From positions 1 through 62,842 of the IMG/VR virus record IMGVR_UViG_3300032174_000006: a stretch of 62,842 bases of DNA; one strand, given 5' to 3'. A program made the position numbers and the translations under genes. Below, piece after piece: positions 54,348-62,842 of the stretch (the stretch's first letter is position 1; the number at the start of each line of letters is the position of its first letter). Source of the DNA: a virus. Lineage: Duplodnaviria; Caudoviricetes. The notes below the pieces were generated by a model, which made no database searches, had not been told where the DNA came from, and was given only the letters and a program-made list of their open reading frames with translations.

Positions 54348-56600
54348 TCAGTAGGAATGTTTTCGCAAGTCGGAAGTGTTGCCGTAGATGACGTCTTGGA
54401 TGGTGAGGACGCGCGAATCTCCTTCGCGGGAGGATATTACAGGTCCGGCGTACGGGGCGATGTCCACCGGGCGGAGGTAGGAGGAATCGTCGATGGAACG
54501 TTTCTGGGAGCGTTCGGCGAGGACGTCCATGTCGTGCGGGCAGAAGGTGGCCATCGCGCCAGCGAAGATGCGGTCGTCGTGGGAATCCTCGGAATGTTCA
54601 AGGCGTTCTTTACCTTTCGCCGTGTAATGCACCTCAAATTCCTTCATTTCCTCGATCAGCCAGGGGGAATTGATCTCCGCCCAGCCGTTCTGCGCGGATT
54701 GCACGAACGCGCCGGTGAGGATCGGGCGGGACCAGCCCCAAGTGAACCATCCGAGTTTGCCGCCCCGGCCGCGACGGTGGCGGGCGATGTCGGAGGGCTT
54801 ACCGTCGTAGCGGGTCATTTTGTGGAAGCAGCGGACGGGATATCCCATGCGGATCATTTGGAGCTGGCAGGTGTCGCCGACCGCGTCCACTTGTTCGATG
54901 GAGCAGTAGGGCATGGGATATTTTGTCGTCTCGGGGGACATGTGCTTCGCGTAGTAGGCACCGATGCAGGCGCCGAATGCGTAAGCCTCAGTGTGAGATA
55001 CAAATGGTGAGGTGAACTCCGCCGCTTGGAAATCAGGTTGCTGGGACTTGCCGAGCCCCCAGACGGAGATGCAGGTGGAATCGAGACCTTTGCCCGCGGA
55101 GGTGTCGATGCCAATGGAATATAAAATGTTCGGTGCAGGCGGATGGAAAACGATCAGCTTGCCGATCGCGTCGTCCATCACGGTTTCGCGGAGAGGAGAG
55201 GCGAAGCGGAGGGGGATCAATTCCCATTTGTATGTTTCACCTTTGGGGGACGTGAGGCGGACCGGGATGCGGGTCGCGGAGTAGTCGATGTCTTCGGAGG
55301 GCGGCTCGTGTGCGTCTTCGATGGATTGGCCGGTGAGACCGTAGATAGAGTAGTCGCGCTTCCGCCGATCATCAATTGCCTTAATCGTAGGGTGCCCAAA
55401 TACGGATTCAATCGAATGCTGGAGTGCTTCGTCATCGTCGCCAGCCATTTCTTGGAGAAATGAGGACTCGTTCCCTTTTTCCTTCGCTTCGTCATGGTTG
55501 ATCTCCCAGTACCATTGTTGGGAAAGCGGCATACGCCACAACGCGCCATGTTGGATACCCCGGCGGTCTTGCTCGTCGAGGAGGTGTTTCTGGAGGAGCG
55601 GTTGCGAGCGGACGTACAACTCAGCTTTGGCGATATGTAATCGTGTGTCGGCGTTCGGCACCCATTCATCAGGGATCGGGCGGATGGCGAGCCACGCAGG
55701 CTTCGGGTAGATGTCCACGCCGCAGAACCACGGGAGGAACATCGGGAACATGCGGGAGCGGGGCCAATGCGCCTTACTATAATACCAAGTTTCCGCCCAC
55801 CAGCCTTTGTTGCCGCGGCCCGTACTTTCGAGGATTCCGAGCACGTTGGTCGATGCGTGGACGGCTTTCCATAATCCCTCGTCGATCAGCATCACGGAGG
55901 ATTCGCCGTAGAGTGCGACTTCGCTGAGATGGTAAATCGTCGGAGTGGATCCAGTGGCGATGCCGAATTTCTGCGAGCCGTGTTGGAAGCTAACGCCGGA
56001 AGCCATGTGGCCGAATAGCATTTTCCCGCGATCGGATTCCACACGTGAGGTGTGCTGGGGGCGCAGCCATACGGGGAGCATGTCGTAACAGAGAAGGAGC
56101 ATCTTCGACATTTCGCTGGTCTTCGTCTGGTCCGCGCTGCCGATGACGGAGGCGACGCCGTAGCTGAATATCGTGCGGTGGGCGATCAGGAGTTCGGTGA
56201 AGATAGAGATGCCGAGTTGGCGGGCTTTCAGCGCGATGATCTCGATAGCCGCGTTGCGGGATTCGAGGTCGCAGATGATGTCGAAGTAGATGCGCTGCGG
56301 GACGCGGAATTTGAACCGTTGGATGACGCCTTCTTCGGTGCGCAGGAACGCATATCGCGTGAGGAAGTACGCTGCGTCGCAGAGGACGAGGATTTGTTCG
56401 TTGAGCATCCACGCGCGCTCGAAATCGTCGAGGTCTCTCGTCCCTACAGGCTGGCCCATGTCGCCGATGAGGTATTTGTTCCCGGCGAGGAGGCGTTTCT
56501 CGAAGGCTTCAACTTCGGCTGTCGTATGGTACTCAAGGCGGAAATTAAATTCTTTCTCCGCGAGGACGATCCGCTCTTGGACCTTACTTTCCGCGTACAT
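54348..56600 (-). CDS. terL: terminase large subunit
   Basis: Walker A LKARQLGIS, Walker B-like YHLSEV, coupling motif ESTG, RNase H-like IGIDTS and HDDR. Confidence 0.92.
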   Translation of the reverse strand: MYAESKVQERIVLAEKEFNFRLEYHTTAEVEAFEKRLLAGNKYLIGDMGQPVGTRDLDDFERAWMLNEQILVLCDAAYFLTRYAFLRTEEGVIQRFKFRVPQRIYFDIICDLESRNAAIEIIALKARQLGISIFTELLIAHRTIFSYGVASVIGSADQTKTSEMSKMLLLCYDMLPVWLRPQHTSRVESDRGKMLFGHMASGVSFQHGSQKFGIATGSTPTIYHLSEVALYGESSVMLIDEGLWKAVHASTNVLGILESTGRGNKGWWAETWYYSKAHWPRSRMFPMFLPWFCGVDIYPKPAWLAIRPIPDEWVPNADTRLHIAKAELYVRSQPLLQKHLLDEQDRRGIQHGALWRMPLSQQWYWEINHDEAKEKGNESSFLQEMAGDDDEALQHSIESVFGHPTIKAIDDRRKRDYSIYGLTGQSIEDAHEPPSEDIDYSATRIPVRLTSPKGETYKWELIPLRFASPLRETVMDDAIGKLIVFHPPAPNILYSIGIDTSAGKGLDSTCISVWGLGKSQQPDFQAAEFTSPFVSHTEAYAFGACIGAYYAKHMSPETTKYPMPYCSIEQVDAVGDTCQLQMIRMGYPVRCFHKMTRYDGKPSDIARHRRGRGGKLGWFTWGWSRPILTGAFVQSAQNGWAEINSPWLIEEMKEFEVHYTAKGKERLEHSEDSHDDRIFAGAMATFCPHDMDVLAERSQKRSIDDSSYLRPVDIAPYAGPVISSREGDSRVLTIQDVIYGNTSDLRKHSY

Positions 56601-57328
56601 CAGACTTCTTCCTCATCCCCGTCGAAATCATCTTCTCGCGTGACCGGGACCGGGATTGCGTCTTCGTAGGGCATGCGGCCGGGGAGATTCGATGGCGTGG
56701 CGGGCGGCAGCGCGCGGGCGTCGTTGAAACGGTCCACGAGGCGGCGGATGGTCGCCTCCGGCGGCGGCGCGGGGAGTGCGACTGCGGTGGACTGGGAATT
56801 CGATGCCGCAGTCGCGGACGCGTTGACGATGACCTGCGAGCCGCGCGGCGTGGGGAGGAATCCCACCGCTTTGTGGAGGAGCGTGCGGTCCTCGATGCCT
56901 TCGTCGGTGAGGGCCATCTCTACCGTCTTCTCCACGACGAGCGGATGCGCGGCGGAGGCGATAGCGACGGAACGCTGGCGGGAGACGCGTCCGATAGTCT
57001 GGACGATCGTATCGAGCACGTCGTTCGTGGAGAGTTTTAGGGAGAGGCAATATCCCTCGATTGGCACGAGATCGCGCTGGTCGTGTGGGAGGGAGTAGTA
57101 GAGATCGACAAGCCAGCGGGCGAATTCTGGTGGGGAGCATTTGAGATAGTAGAATGGGGAGACTGGGAGGTTACGTTTGCGCAGGGATTTCGCGATCATG
57201 CGGAGCTGCGGGGTGATAGGAGCCGTCATGCGGAGGTCGTCGCGGGTGATTTTTAATGTCTCGAACGCGAGCGCGCGGCGGATGCGGGAATCGTCCTTTT
57301 TGATCGGAGCGATGGCGGTATCTGTCAC
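56600..57328 (-). CDS. putative terminase small subunit
   Basis: position directly upstream of terL, helical; no diagnostic motif. Confidence 0.4.
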   Translation of the reverse strand: MTDTAIAPIKKDDSRIRRALAFETLKITRDDLRMTAPITPQLRMIAKSLRKRNLPVSPFYYLKCSPPEFARWLVDLYYSLPHDQRDLVPIEGYCLSLKLSTNDVLDTIVQTIGRVSRQRSVAIASAAHPLVVEKTVEMALTDEGIEDRTLLHKAVGFLPTPRGSQVIVNASATAASNSQSTAVALPAPPPEATIRRLVDRFNDARALPPATPSNLPGRMPYEDAIPVPVTREDDFDGDEEEV

Positions 57329-57570
57329 GTTGCGTCCTCCGGGATCTGGCCGAACTCCCTCGCTTCTTCTTCCTTCTGCCAGCGGGAGTTCGCTTCGGCG
57401 ACGTCGAAGGAACCGAATTCGGTGGCGCGGGGGAGGCGTTTCACATTCTCACGGTTAAATCGTGCGCGGGCGATTTCCGCGAGTTCTTGCTGCGCGTCGG
57501 CGATTCTCTCTAATGCTCTCGCGGATCGGCGGAGGAACACCAGCGTGCGGATGGATTCAGTGAATTTCAT
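57325..57570 (-). CDS. hypothetical protein
   Basis: ATGA overlap; RALERIAD motif. Confidence 0.6.
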   Translation of the reverse strand: MKFTESIRTLVFLRRSARALERIADAQQELAEIARARFNRENVKRLPRATEFGSFDVAEANSRWQKEEEAREFGQIPEDAT

Positions 57571-57784
57571 TGTGAGAATTCCTTGTGCAATTTCTCCACG
57601 TCGTCGCGGAGCTGCGGGATGCGCTCTTTTAGCGTGCGGATACGGATGCCCACGATGCGAGAGTTGATCTGACGATTCTCCCCGCGAAGCTCGTGGAATC
57701 GCTTCATCTCCCACAGCGCGTTCAGGCAGATTTCGGCGGACGCGGAGACGCGCATCGCGAGATCGGCCATCCGCCGCACGCTTA

Positions 57785-58273
57785 CTACGCTTCGGTGGTT
57801 TTCCATGCGGCGCGCACCTCTTTTGTGACGTCGGTGATAGTTACCTCGCCTGATCCTAGATCCGGCTGCGGGGGATATTTCACGAGTTCGGTTTGCGTCG
57901 TGCCGTCCGGGCCGCGCACGGTCACGGGAAGCGGGAGTTCGTGGCGGAGGCGCTCGGCGTTCGGGGAGGTGATGTCGCGATGGATGTTCTGGCCGGATGC
58001 GACGGATTTATTCGACGCAATTTTCAATGGCGGCGCTTCCATCGGCGAATCCACATGCGGCTTCGAGGCGAGCGTGACGGACGATTCCCGCTGCATGGGA
58101 TTGTCGAGATGCAGGCGGAGGGTGAGGTCGTAGGAGATTTTCCCGTAGGCCATGTAGTGCGAGAGCAATCCCTCCGCATCCAACAATTTCTCGAAATCCT
58201 TGCGGATGATCTCGCGGAGTTCCATCCCGGAGAGCGCTTTCTGACCGATGATTTCATTTGCGGTGGGGCTCAT
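57785..58273 (-). CDS. hypothetical protein
   Basis: GAGGTG RBS, ATGA overlap. Confidence 0.65.
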   Translation of the reverse strand: MSPTANEIIGQKALSGMELREIIRKDFEKLLDAEGLLSHYMAYGKISYDLTLRLHLDNPMQRESSVTLASKPHVDSPMEAPPLKIASNKSVASGQNIHRDITSPNAERLRHELPLPVTVRGPDGTTQTELVKYPPQPDLGSGEVTITDVTKEVRAAWKTTEA

Positions 58274-58464
58274 GCTGCACCTCGTTTGATTTTTATTGCG
58301 GATGGGGGATTGCTGAGAAAGTGATTCAGATCATCCTCGCAGGAGTCACATAAATCGAGTTGGGTTCCGGCTACGGTGATGGTAATCCATCGAGTAGGAA
58401 GAGATCCGGATATGACATCCGCCGCTTTCCAGCAGCGATCGCAGGTTGCGATTTGCTTTTTCAT
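58270..58464 (-). CDS. small Zn-finger protein
   Basis: CDRC...DLCDSC. Confidence 0.7.
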   Translation of the reverse strand: MKKQIATCDRCWKAADVISGSLPTRWITITVAGTQLDLCDSCEDDLNHFLSNPPSAIKIKRGAA

Positions 58465-58805
58465 TTTTTCCTCTTCCTTTTTCCTTTGACCCGCCCAATC
58501 CTACACCTTCGCCGCTCGATTGCAAGGCACAGGGCGCGGTCGAATTCGGTCCCGGATTGTAAAGGGGAATCCAGATCGCTACGGGTGATCGAGCGCCAAT
58601 CGAGATTCGCGGATAATAGCGTGGCCATGCGGCGTTTGTAGGCGTGGTGGAGATTACAGAACGCGTCCGCCGGATCGTCTTCCCGCTTCGCTGCGAGAAG
58701 GCATTGCGGGGACCAGAATTCGTCCCAGCGGAGTTTGATCGTCGCGAGCTTCTTCGGCTGGCGCGCGAGGGGCATGGCGTGGGCGTAGCCGATTCCTTCG
58801 CTCAT
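58461..58805 (-). CDS. hypothetical protein
   Basis: ATGA overlaps at both ends. Confidence 0.55.
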   Translation of the reverse strand: MSEGIGYAHAMPLARQPKKLATIKLRWDEFWSPQCLLAAKREDDPADAFCNLHHAYKRRMATLLSANLDWRSITRSDLDSPLQSGTEFDRALCLAIERRRCRIGRVKGKRKRKK

Positions 58806-58956
58806 CCCTTTACCTCAACATACTGCTCCTTAAAGAAAATAGTGAGCATATCTCCCTTATGATTCCCCTTTAGGTCAAAGAGCATAGTCAGTTCAGGAAT
58901 CAAAGGATGATCCATGGCGAATCCCACGGCGTTCGTGTTCACACGATGATACATTT

Positions 58957-59844
58957 TCAATCGTCGCGTCGTGTCGTCGGCCATGCTTCCTCCTGCGATT
59001 TCGCGAGTTCTTCCATCTCTGCTTGGGTGCGCGGCTGGCCCACTTCTTCCGGTGATACTTCTTCCACACTCGTTATTTCCGCGGGCTCGGTGTGGTCCCC
59101 CGCTGGTGCTGATTCCCTGGGCATATATCCAGAGTCAGAAGGAACCTCCTCCTCTGTCACGATTGATGTCTCCGGATCATGCGACGTCACCGTTTCCGGC
59201 TGCGGCTCGTCCACATTTCCTCGCAGATACGCGGACAGGGAGCCGGACCATTCGGGATCGGGCGGCGGCGCGAGCGATGGGATATCCTGCGCCAGCGGCT
59301 GCGGCGATGGGAGTCCCGTGTCAGGCGGCGGCGGGATCGCGATCGGCCCGGACGCGCGGATTTCTTCCAGCATGATTTCAAGCGGCGAGCGGGAATCCTT
59401 CGATTTCTGCGCGAGTTCGGCCTTGCGCGCGCGGAGGATCGGCCGAGGAGGATGCTTACGGGATTGCCGCCGGCCGCGCCAGTAGGCCGGTTCCGGATCG
59501 CCTGGCTTGCGGGAATTCTTAGTCGGCGGCTTATCCCAGGCGGTGGACGCGCAGCGGGCGCAGCATTTCGGCCGACGGGTAGGGTCATTCGGCCACCAGT
59601 CGTATCCGCAACGCAGACAAGTTACATTTTCCATCAAATTTCGCAGGGATCCATCCCCGGCGAGCGTGCGCAATTCCTTCCGCAACTCCTTCATTTGCAC
59701 CACGATATCGTTGATCCGCGCGAGGCGTTCGGCGATGATGAGATCGCGGGTGAGCGTCGCGCGGGATGGCTTGGGCGGATGCTGCTGCTCCTGTTCGCCC
59801 GCCTGATCGCTAGTAACGTCAATAGATTGTGTAGAATCGCTCAT
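58957..59844 (-). CDS. Zn-ribbon protein with disordered acidic C-terminus
   Basis: CLRCGYDW..P..CARC.S..W. Confidence 0.7.
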   Translation of the reverse strand: MSDSTQSIDVTSDQAGEQEQQHPPKPSRATLTRDLIIAERLARINDIVVQMKELRKELRTLAGDGSLRNLMENVTCLRCGYDWWPNDPTRRPKCCARCASTAWDKPPTKNSRKPGDPEPAYWRGRRQSRKHPPRPILRARKAELAQKSKDSRSPLEIMLEEIRASGPIAIPPPPDTGLPSPQPLAQDIPSLAPPPDPEWSGSLSAYLRGNVDEPQPETVTSHDPETSIVTEEEVPSDSGYMPRESAPAGDHTEPAEITSVEEVSPEEVGQPRTQAEMEELAKSQEEAWPTTRRDD

Positions 59845-60041
59845 TTAAACCCTACTCTGGCCTGCCATCCCGCGTAGCTCATCGTCGTGTTTAACTCAAA
59901 TCCGCTCATCATGATAAGCGTGGAACCGGTGGCGCCGTTGGGGATAAGCCGCTCCACGAGGTCGGAATTGACGAGATTCCGCTGGAGTATGGTCGCTTCA
60001 CCAGCGGGCCCAGAGATAATCTGCTCCACCTCTATCCACAT
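59841..60041 (-). CDS. hypothetical protein, first gene of the leftward arm (probably leaderless)
   Basis: ATG lies 7 nt downstream of a -10 box; no RBS. Confidence 0.6.
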   Translation of the reverse strand: MWIEVEQIISGPAGEATILQRNLVNSDLVERLIPNGATGSTLIMMSGFELNTTMSYAGWQARVGFK

Positions 60042-60048
60042 GCGGCGG

Positions 60049-60078
60049 AGGATAGCATGGGGTATAGGACACTGTCAA
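60049..60078 (-). promoter_or_regulatory. sigma70-like promoter of the leftward arm
   Basis: TTGACA-18 nt (ending TGC)-TATCCT. Confidence 0.65.
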
Positions 60079-60143
60079 TCACATTCCACCTTATACATAA
60101 TTTCCTTGCTATCATACTTATAATGTTATATATACACGCGATT

Positions 60144-60824
60144 ATGATTCCCAAACGTGTGCTGGATCTGTTCTGCGGCGCAGGCGGGGCGGCGATGGGG
60201 CTGCATCGCGCGTGGCCAGAGGCGGAGATTGTGGGGGTGGATATCAAGCCGCAGCCGAGGTATCCGTTTACGTTCATTCCGGCCGACGTAATGACGTTTC
60301 TAGGGTGGGCGGAACTTGGAACGTTTGATTTTATTTGGGCGAGCCCTCCATGCCAATGTTACACGGCCCTCCGCAGCGTTTTCGATTCCACCAAATATGC
60401 CGATCTCGTGGCTCCCGTGCGCGATAAATTAGACTCCTGGAAAGTTCCCTATGTGATTGAGAATGTCGTCGGCGCGCCGCTCCGGCGTGATTTGATGCTA
60501 TGCGCGGCTCCATTTGGATTGCGCTCTTACCGCCACCGTATCTTCGAGGCGACTTTTCCTATAATTCAGCCGGAACACCCTAAGCATGTCGTGCGCGTGA
60601 ATCGACGTAAGAAAAATCGTCGAGGCCATTGGGACGCGGGAGGATTCGTTACCGTTGTGGGCGATATCGGTAGTTATGTCGGTCCTAAAGCGATGGGAAT
60701 CGACTGGATGACCGGGAACGAATTGTCGCAGGCGATTCCACCTGCCTATTCAGAATACATCGCCAATCAATTCACCCTCGCCGACATCGCCGCGACTGAA
60801 AATAAAAATGAAAAATTCACGTAA
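60144..60824 (+). CDS. C5 cytosine DNA methyltransferase (orphan)
   Basis: LDLFCGAGG, SPPCQ, IENV, RHRIFE, QAIPP. Confidence 0.9.
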   Translation: MIPKRVLDLFCGAGGAAMGLHRAWPEAEIVGVDIKPQPRYPFTFIPADVMTFLGWAELGTFDFIWASPPCQCYTALRSVFDSTKYADLVAPVRDKLDSWKVPYVIENVVGAPLRRDLMLCAAPFGLRSYRHRIFEATFPIIQPEHPKHVVRVNRRKKNRRGHWDAGGFVTVVGDIGSYVGPKAMGIDWMTGNELSQAIPPAYSEYIANQFTLADIAATENKNEKFT

Positions 60825-61167
60825 GGGTCACATGGAGATAGCGGACACGGCCCCGGCGTCCCCACCCCTACGCCGGACAACTCAGCCGGCCGCGGGCGCG
60901 ATGGCCATACACATTGATGTGATGGCTATCATCGTATGGTCGATGCGCGATGGCGAGCGTGCACAGATCCGCATGATGCGAGCGCGCGCGACGGTCGGCA
61001 GCATGGCCGGCATCGCGATCCGACTGACAAGCGACAGGCGTGAGACATCGCGCGCGGCGTCGGCGACATCACGCGAGACATCCCGAGCGCGAACATGACA
61101 GTCAACAGATCACGCGCGAGCTAACACCGTTGCACGTTCCCCCATCCGTCACATTTCCTCCCATATT

Positions 61168-61248
61168 GGGTAATTTCTATCCATCATCAAGATTTTAGAG
61201 TGATTTGGCATGTAACCTTTCTATCCATTTGGGGTAATTTCTATCCAT
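61168..61248. repeat. direct repeats: GGGTAATTTCTATCCAT x2 plus a third TTTCTATCCAT
   Basis: 61168-61184, 61232-61248 and 61218-61228 in an AT-rich non-coding stretch. Confidence 0.85.
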
Positions 61249-61282
61249 TTCGCACTGTCAATCACAAACATTCATTTTTCTC

Positions 61283-61312
61283 TTGACAAGAGTTGTACTG
61301 TTTTGGTAATAT
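61283..61312 (+). promoter_or_regulatory. sigma70-like early promoter
   Basis: TTGACA-18 nt (ending TGG)-TAATAT, then GGAGG RBS. Confidence 0.7.
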
Positions 61313-61335
61313 CGCGGTATTGGAGGATGGCTCAC

Positions 61336-61548
61336 ATGACACTCGCACAGAAGAATGCAGCGTTTGAGCAAGGATTTGCAAACGGACAGGCGGACAAGCG
61401 GATCGGGTATACGAGCAAGTACGCTACCCACTGCTACAGCTCCGAACCGGAATACTTACGGCACTACAGCCGAGGATACAAGCGCGGACAGGCCGCGCCG
61501 CTACAGCGAACATTTGAAGTGAATCCTAAGGCGATGGAAGCGCGATAG
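61336..61548 (+). CDS. hypothetical early protein
   Basis: GGAGG RBS; FEQGFANG...YSRGYKRG motif. Confidence 0.7.
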   Translation: MTLAQKNAAFEQGFANGQADKRIGYTSKYATHCYSSEPEYLRHYSRGYKRGQAAPLQRTFEVNPKAMEAR

Positions 61549-61705
61549 GGTATCCGTCCAGCGCATCCTCGATGGTGCGCTGGGCGATTTACCTTACTCA
61601 AACTGGAGGCAACACCATGATGATTTATCTGATTTTCAGCATCCCGGCGGTGGCGATGGTGGCGGCGTTTGTGGTGGATTTTGTGCGCGCGGAGGGGGAA
61701 TAACG

Positions 61706-61960
61706 ATGAGCAAGGAAACGTTTCTAGTCATTCCGCCGGAAACAGTTGATGACGCCGAGGTCAAGAGGATGTATCAATTCGCTCGGTCCTGCGAGTGCTG
61801 GCTCTGTGGCTATCACATGAGTATCCGCAAGTATGCGGACCACATGGAACGGCATCGCACGGAAAACTGGGTACCACGCGACCGTGCAGCAAGAAAGCGC
61901 GCGGAAGTGTTCGCCGAATGGCAGCAAACGGACGCCACACCGGAAGATTTTTTGGAATAG
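61706..61960 (+). CDS. small C2H2-like Zn protein
   Basis: CWLC...HMERH; GGAGGGG RBS. Confidence 0.65.
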   Translation: MSKETFLVIPPETVDDAEVKRMYQFARSCECWLCGYHMSIRKYADHMERHRTENWVPRDRAARKRAEVFAEWQQTDATPEDFLE

Positions 61961-62019
61961 CAAGGGTAATCGAGAGCACAATTCGACCGGACAGGTCGTT
62001 AAACACGGAGAGTGACACA

Positions 62020-62337
62020 ATGGTCAGCACAAACGACAAGCTGGAATTCGCGTTCGTCATGGCGAGACATTCGAGCATCTGCCTGCGCGACTGCAAACGA
62101 ATCCTGCGTTACGCTGCGACGATTCAACGTCTCGCGGAAACTGCCTGCAATCGGGAATTGACCAAACGGGAAATCCTTAAAGACGAAGCGATGATGGCGA
62201 GGATCATTGAAATCTGCGCGCCGAAGGATATCGAAGCGAAGTTTGGCGGCGATCCTCGCGGATGCGTGGTAAAACTCAAGGTTCCGGATGGTTACACAAA
62301 CGACTGGGGCCAAGAAGGGATATGCGTGCCGGCATGA
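62020..62337 (+). CDS. phage hypothetical protein (GDPRG motif)
   Basis: GGAG RBS before ATG 62020; RLAETACN...GGDPRG. Confidence 0.65.
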   Translation: MVSTNDKLEFAFVMARHSSICLRDCKRILRYAATIQRLAETACNRELTKREILKDEAMMARIIEICAPKDIEAKFGGDPRGCVVKLKVPDGYTNDWGQEGICVPA

Positions 62338-62606
62338 GAATCGCACTCCTATTCGTTCTCACACTCTCCGGCTGCGCGATGCGCGTTCCGCATCTCAGCG
62401 TGGCGCATGCCCATGACTCATCCCCATCCGTGAAAGCATCCGCGGATGGGGAATCGGACGATGACGCGGATGCGGATTCAGACGACGATGATGATTCCGA
62501 TGTGGATTCGGATTCCGCACCAAGCGCGACGAAGGCGGATTTGCAACGCGCGATAAAAGACACGCTCACGAAATTGTATCAAATTCGAGCGAGTCAGCAC
62601 GATTGA
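62334..62606 (+). CDS. small lipoprotein with Asp/Ser-rich tract
   Basis: ATGA overlap; MRIALLFVLTLSGC lipobox; SDDDADADSDDDDDSDVDSDS. Confidence 0.65.
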   Translation: MRIALLFVLTLSGCAMRVPHLSVAHAHDSSPSVKASADGESDDDADADSDDDDDSDVDSDSAPSATKADLQRAIKDTLTKLYQIRASQHD

Positions 62607-62715
62607 GATAGGAATTGACATTCCCACGCCGGATTACCCTCCAGTTGCCGGCGCGGGATACGGGGCGCCCTCCCGCGATGCGGTAAAGCAGGGCGCCCTG
62701 ATTATTAAACTGGAG

Positions 62716-62842
62716 GAATTCAACTGGAGGATACGAGAATGGCAAACGAAAAGAGAATCATCAACATTTTCATGGAAGGCGGGATCATTCAGGATATCCA
62801 ACAGATTCCCAGCGATGTCGAGATTCACGTCTACGATTACGA
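62716..62842. repeat. copy of bases 1..127
   Basis: identical sequence. Confidence 0.95.

Noticed and set aside
60808-61098. 96-aa ORF downstream of the methyltransferase
   Set aside because: No convincing RBS or motif, and the repetitive Arg/Ala translation comes from DNA repeats; treated as probably non-coding.
62716-62842. 127-bp terminal repeat as a biological direct terminal repeat
   Set aside because: The length equals a standard assembler k-mer and it cuts through a gene; best explained as circular overlap.

Overview
This window is an apparently complete, circularly assembled ~62.7 kb (62,715 bp unique) GC-rich tailed dsDNA bacteriophage genome, most likely podovirus-like. Bases 1-127 repeat at 62716-62842, as expected for an assembler overlap. 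The rightward arm (60144 across the junction to 17043) carries a C5 DNA methyltransferase, many small early genes and a recombination/replication set: Cas4/RecB-like nuclease, AAA/Sak4-like ATPase, putative SSB, Pif1/RecD-like helicase and a UDG + 3'-5' exonuclease + family-A polymerase fusion. The leftward arm (60041 down to 16973) carries terminase, portal, scaffold, capsid, adaptors, an 8-gene glycosyltransferase/methyltransferase cassette, two beta-helix spike-like proteins, nozzle, ejection proteins and a lysis module. There are five free-standing HNH endonucleases. I recognised no integrase, primase, DnaB-type helicase, tRNA or CRISPR array. Most unusual: (1) a PolA whose catalytic residues are intact but whose steric-gate and minor-groove-sensing residues are replaced together, in a genome with no visible primase; (2) two Cys-rich tailspike-like proteins that begin with Sec-type signal peptides, one translationally coupled to the glycosylation cassette; (3) a Tat-lipoprotein in the lysis cassette; (4) a degenerate rolling-circle Rep with a large stem-loop upstream; (5) two candidate structured non-coding RNAs. 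All calls come from reading motifs and synteny by eye; no database searches were run.
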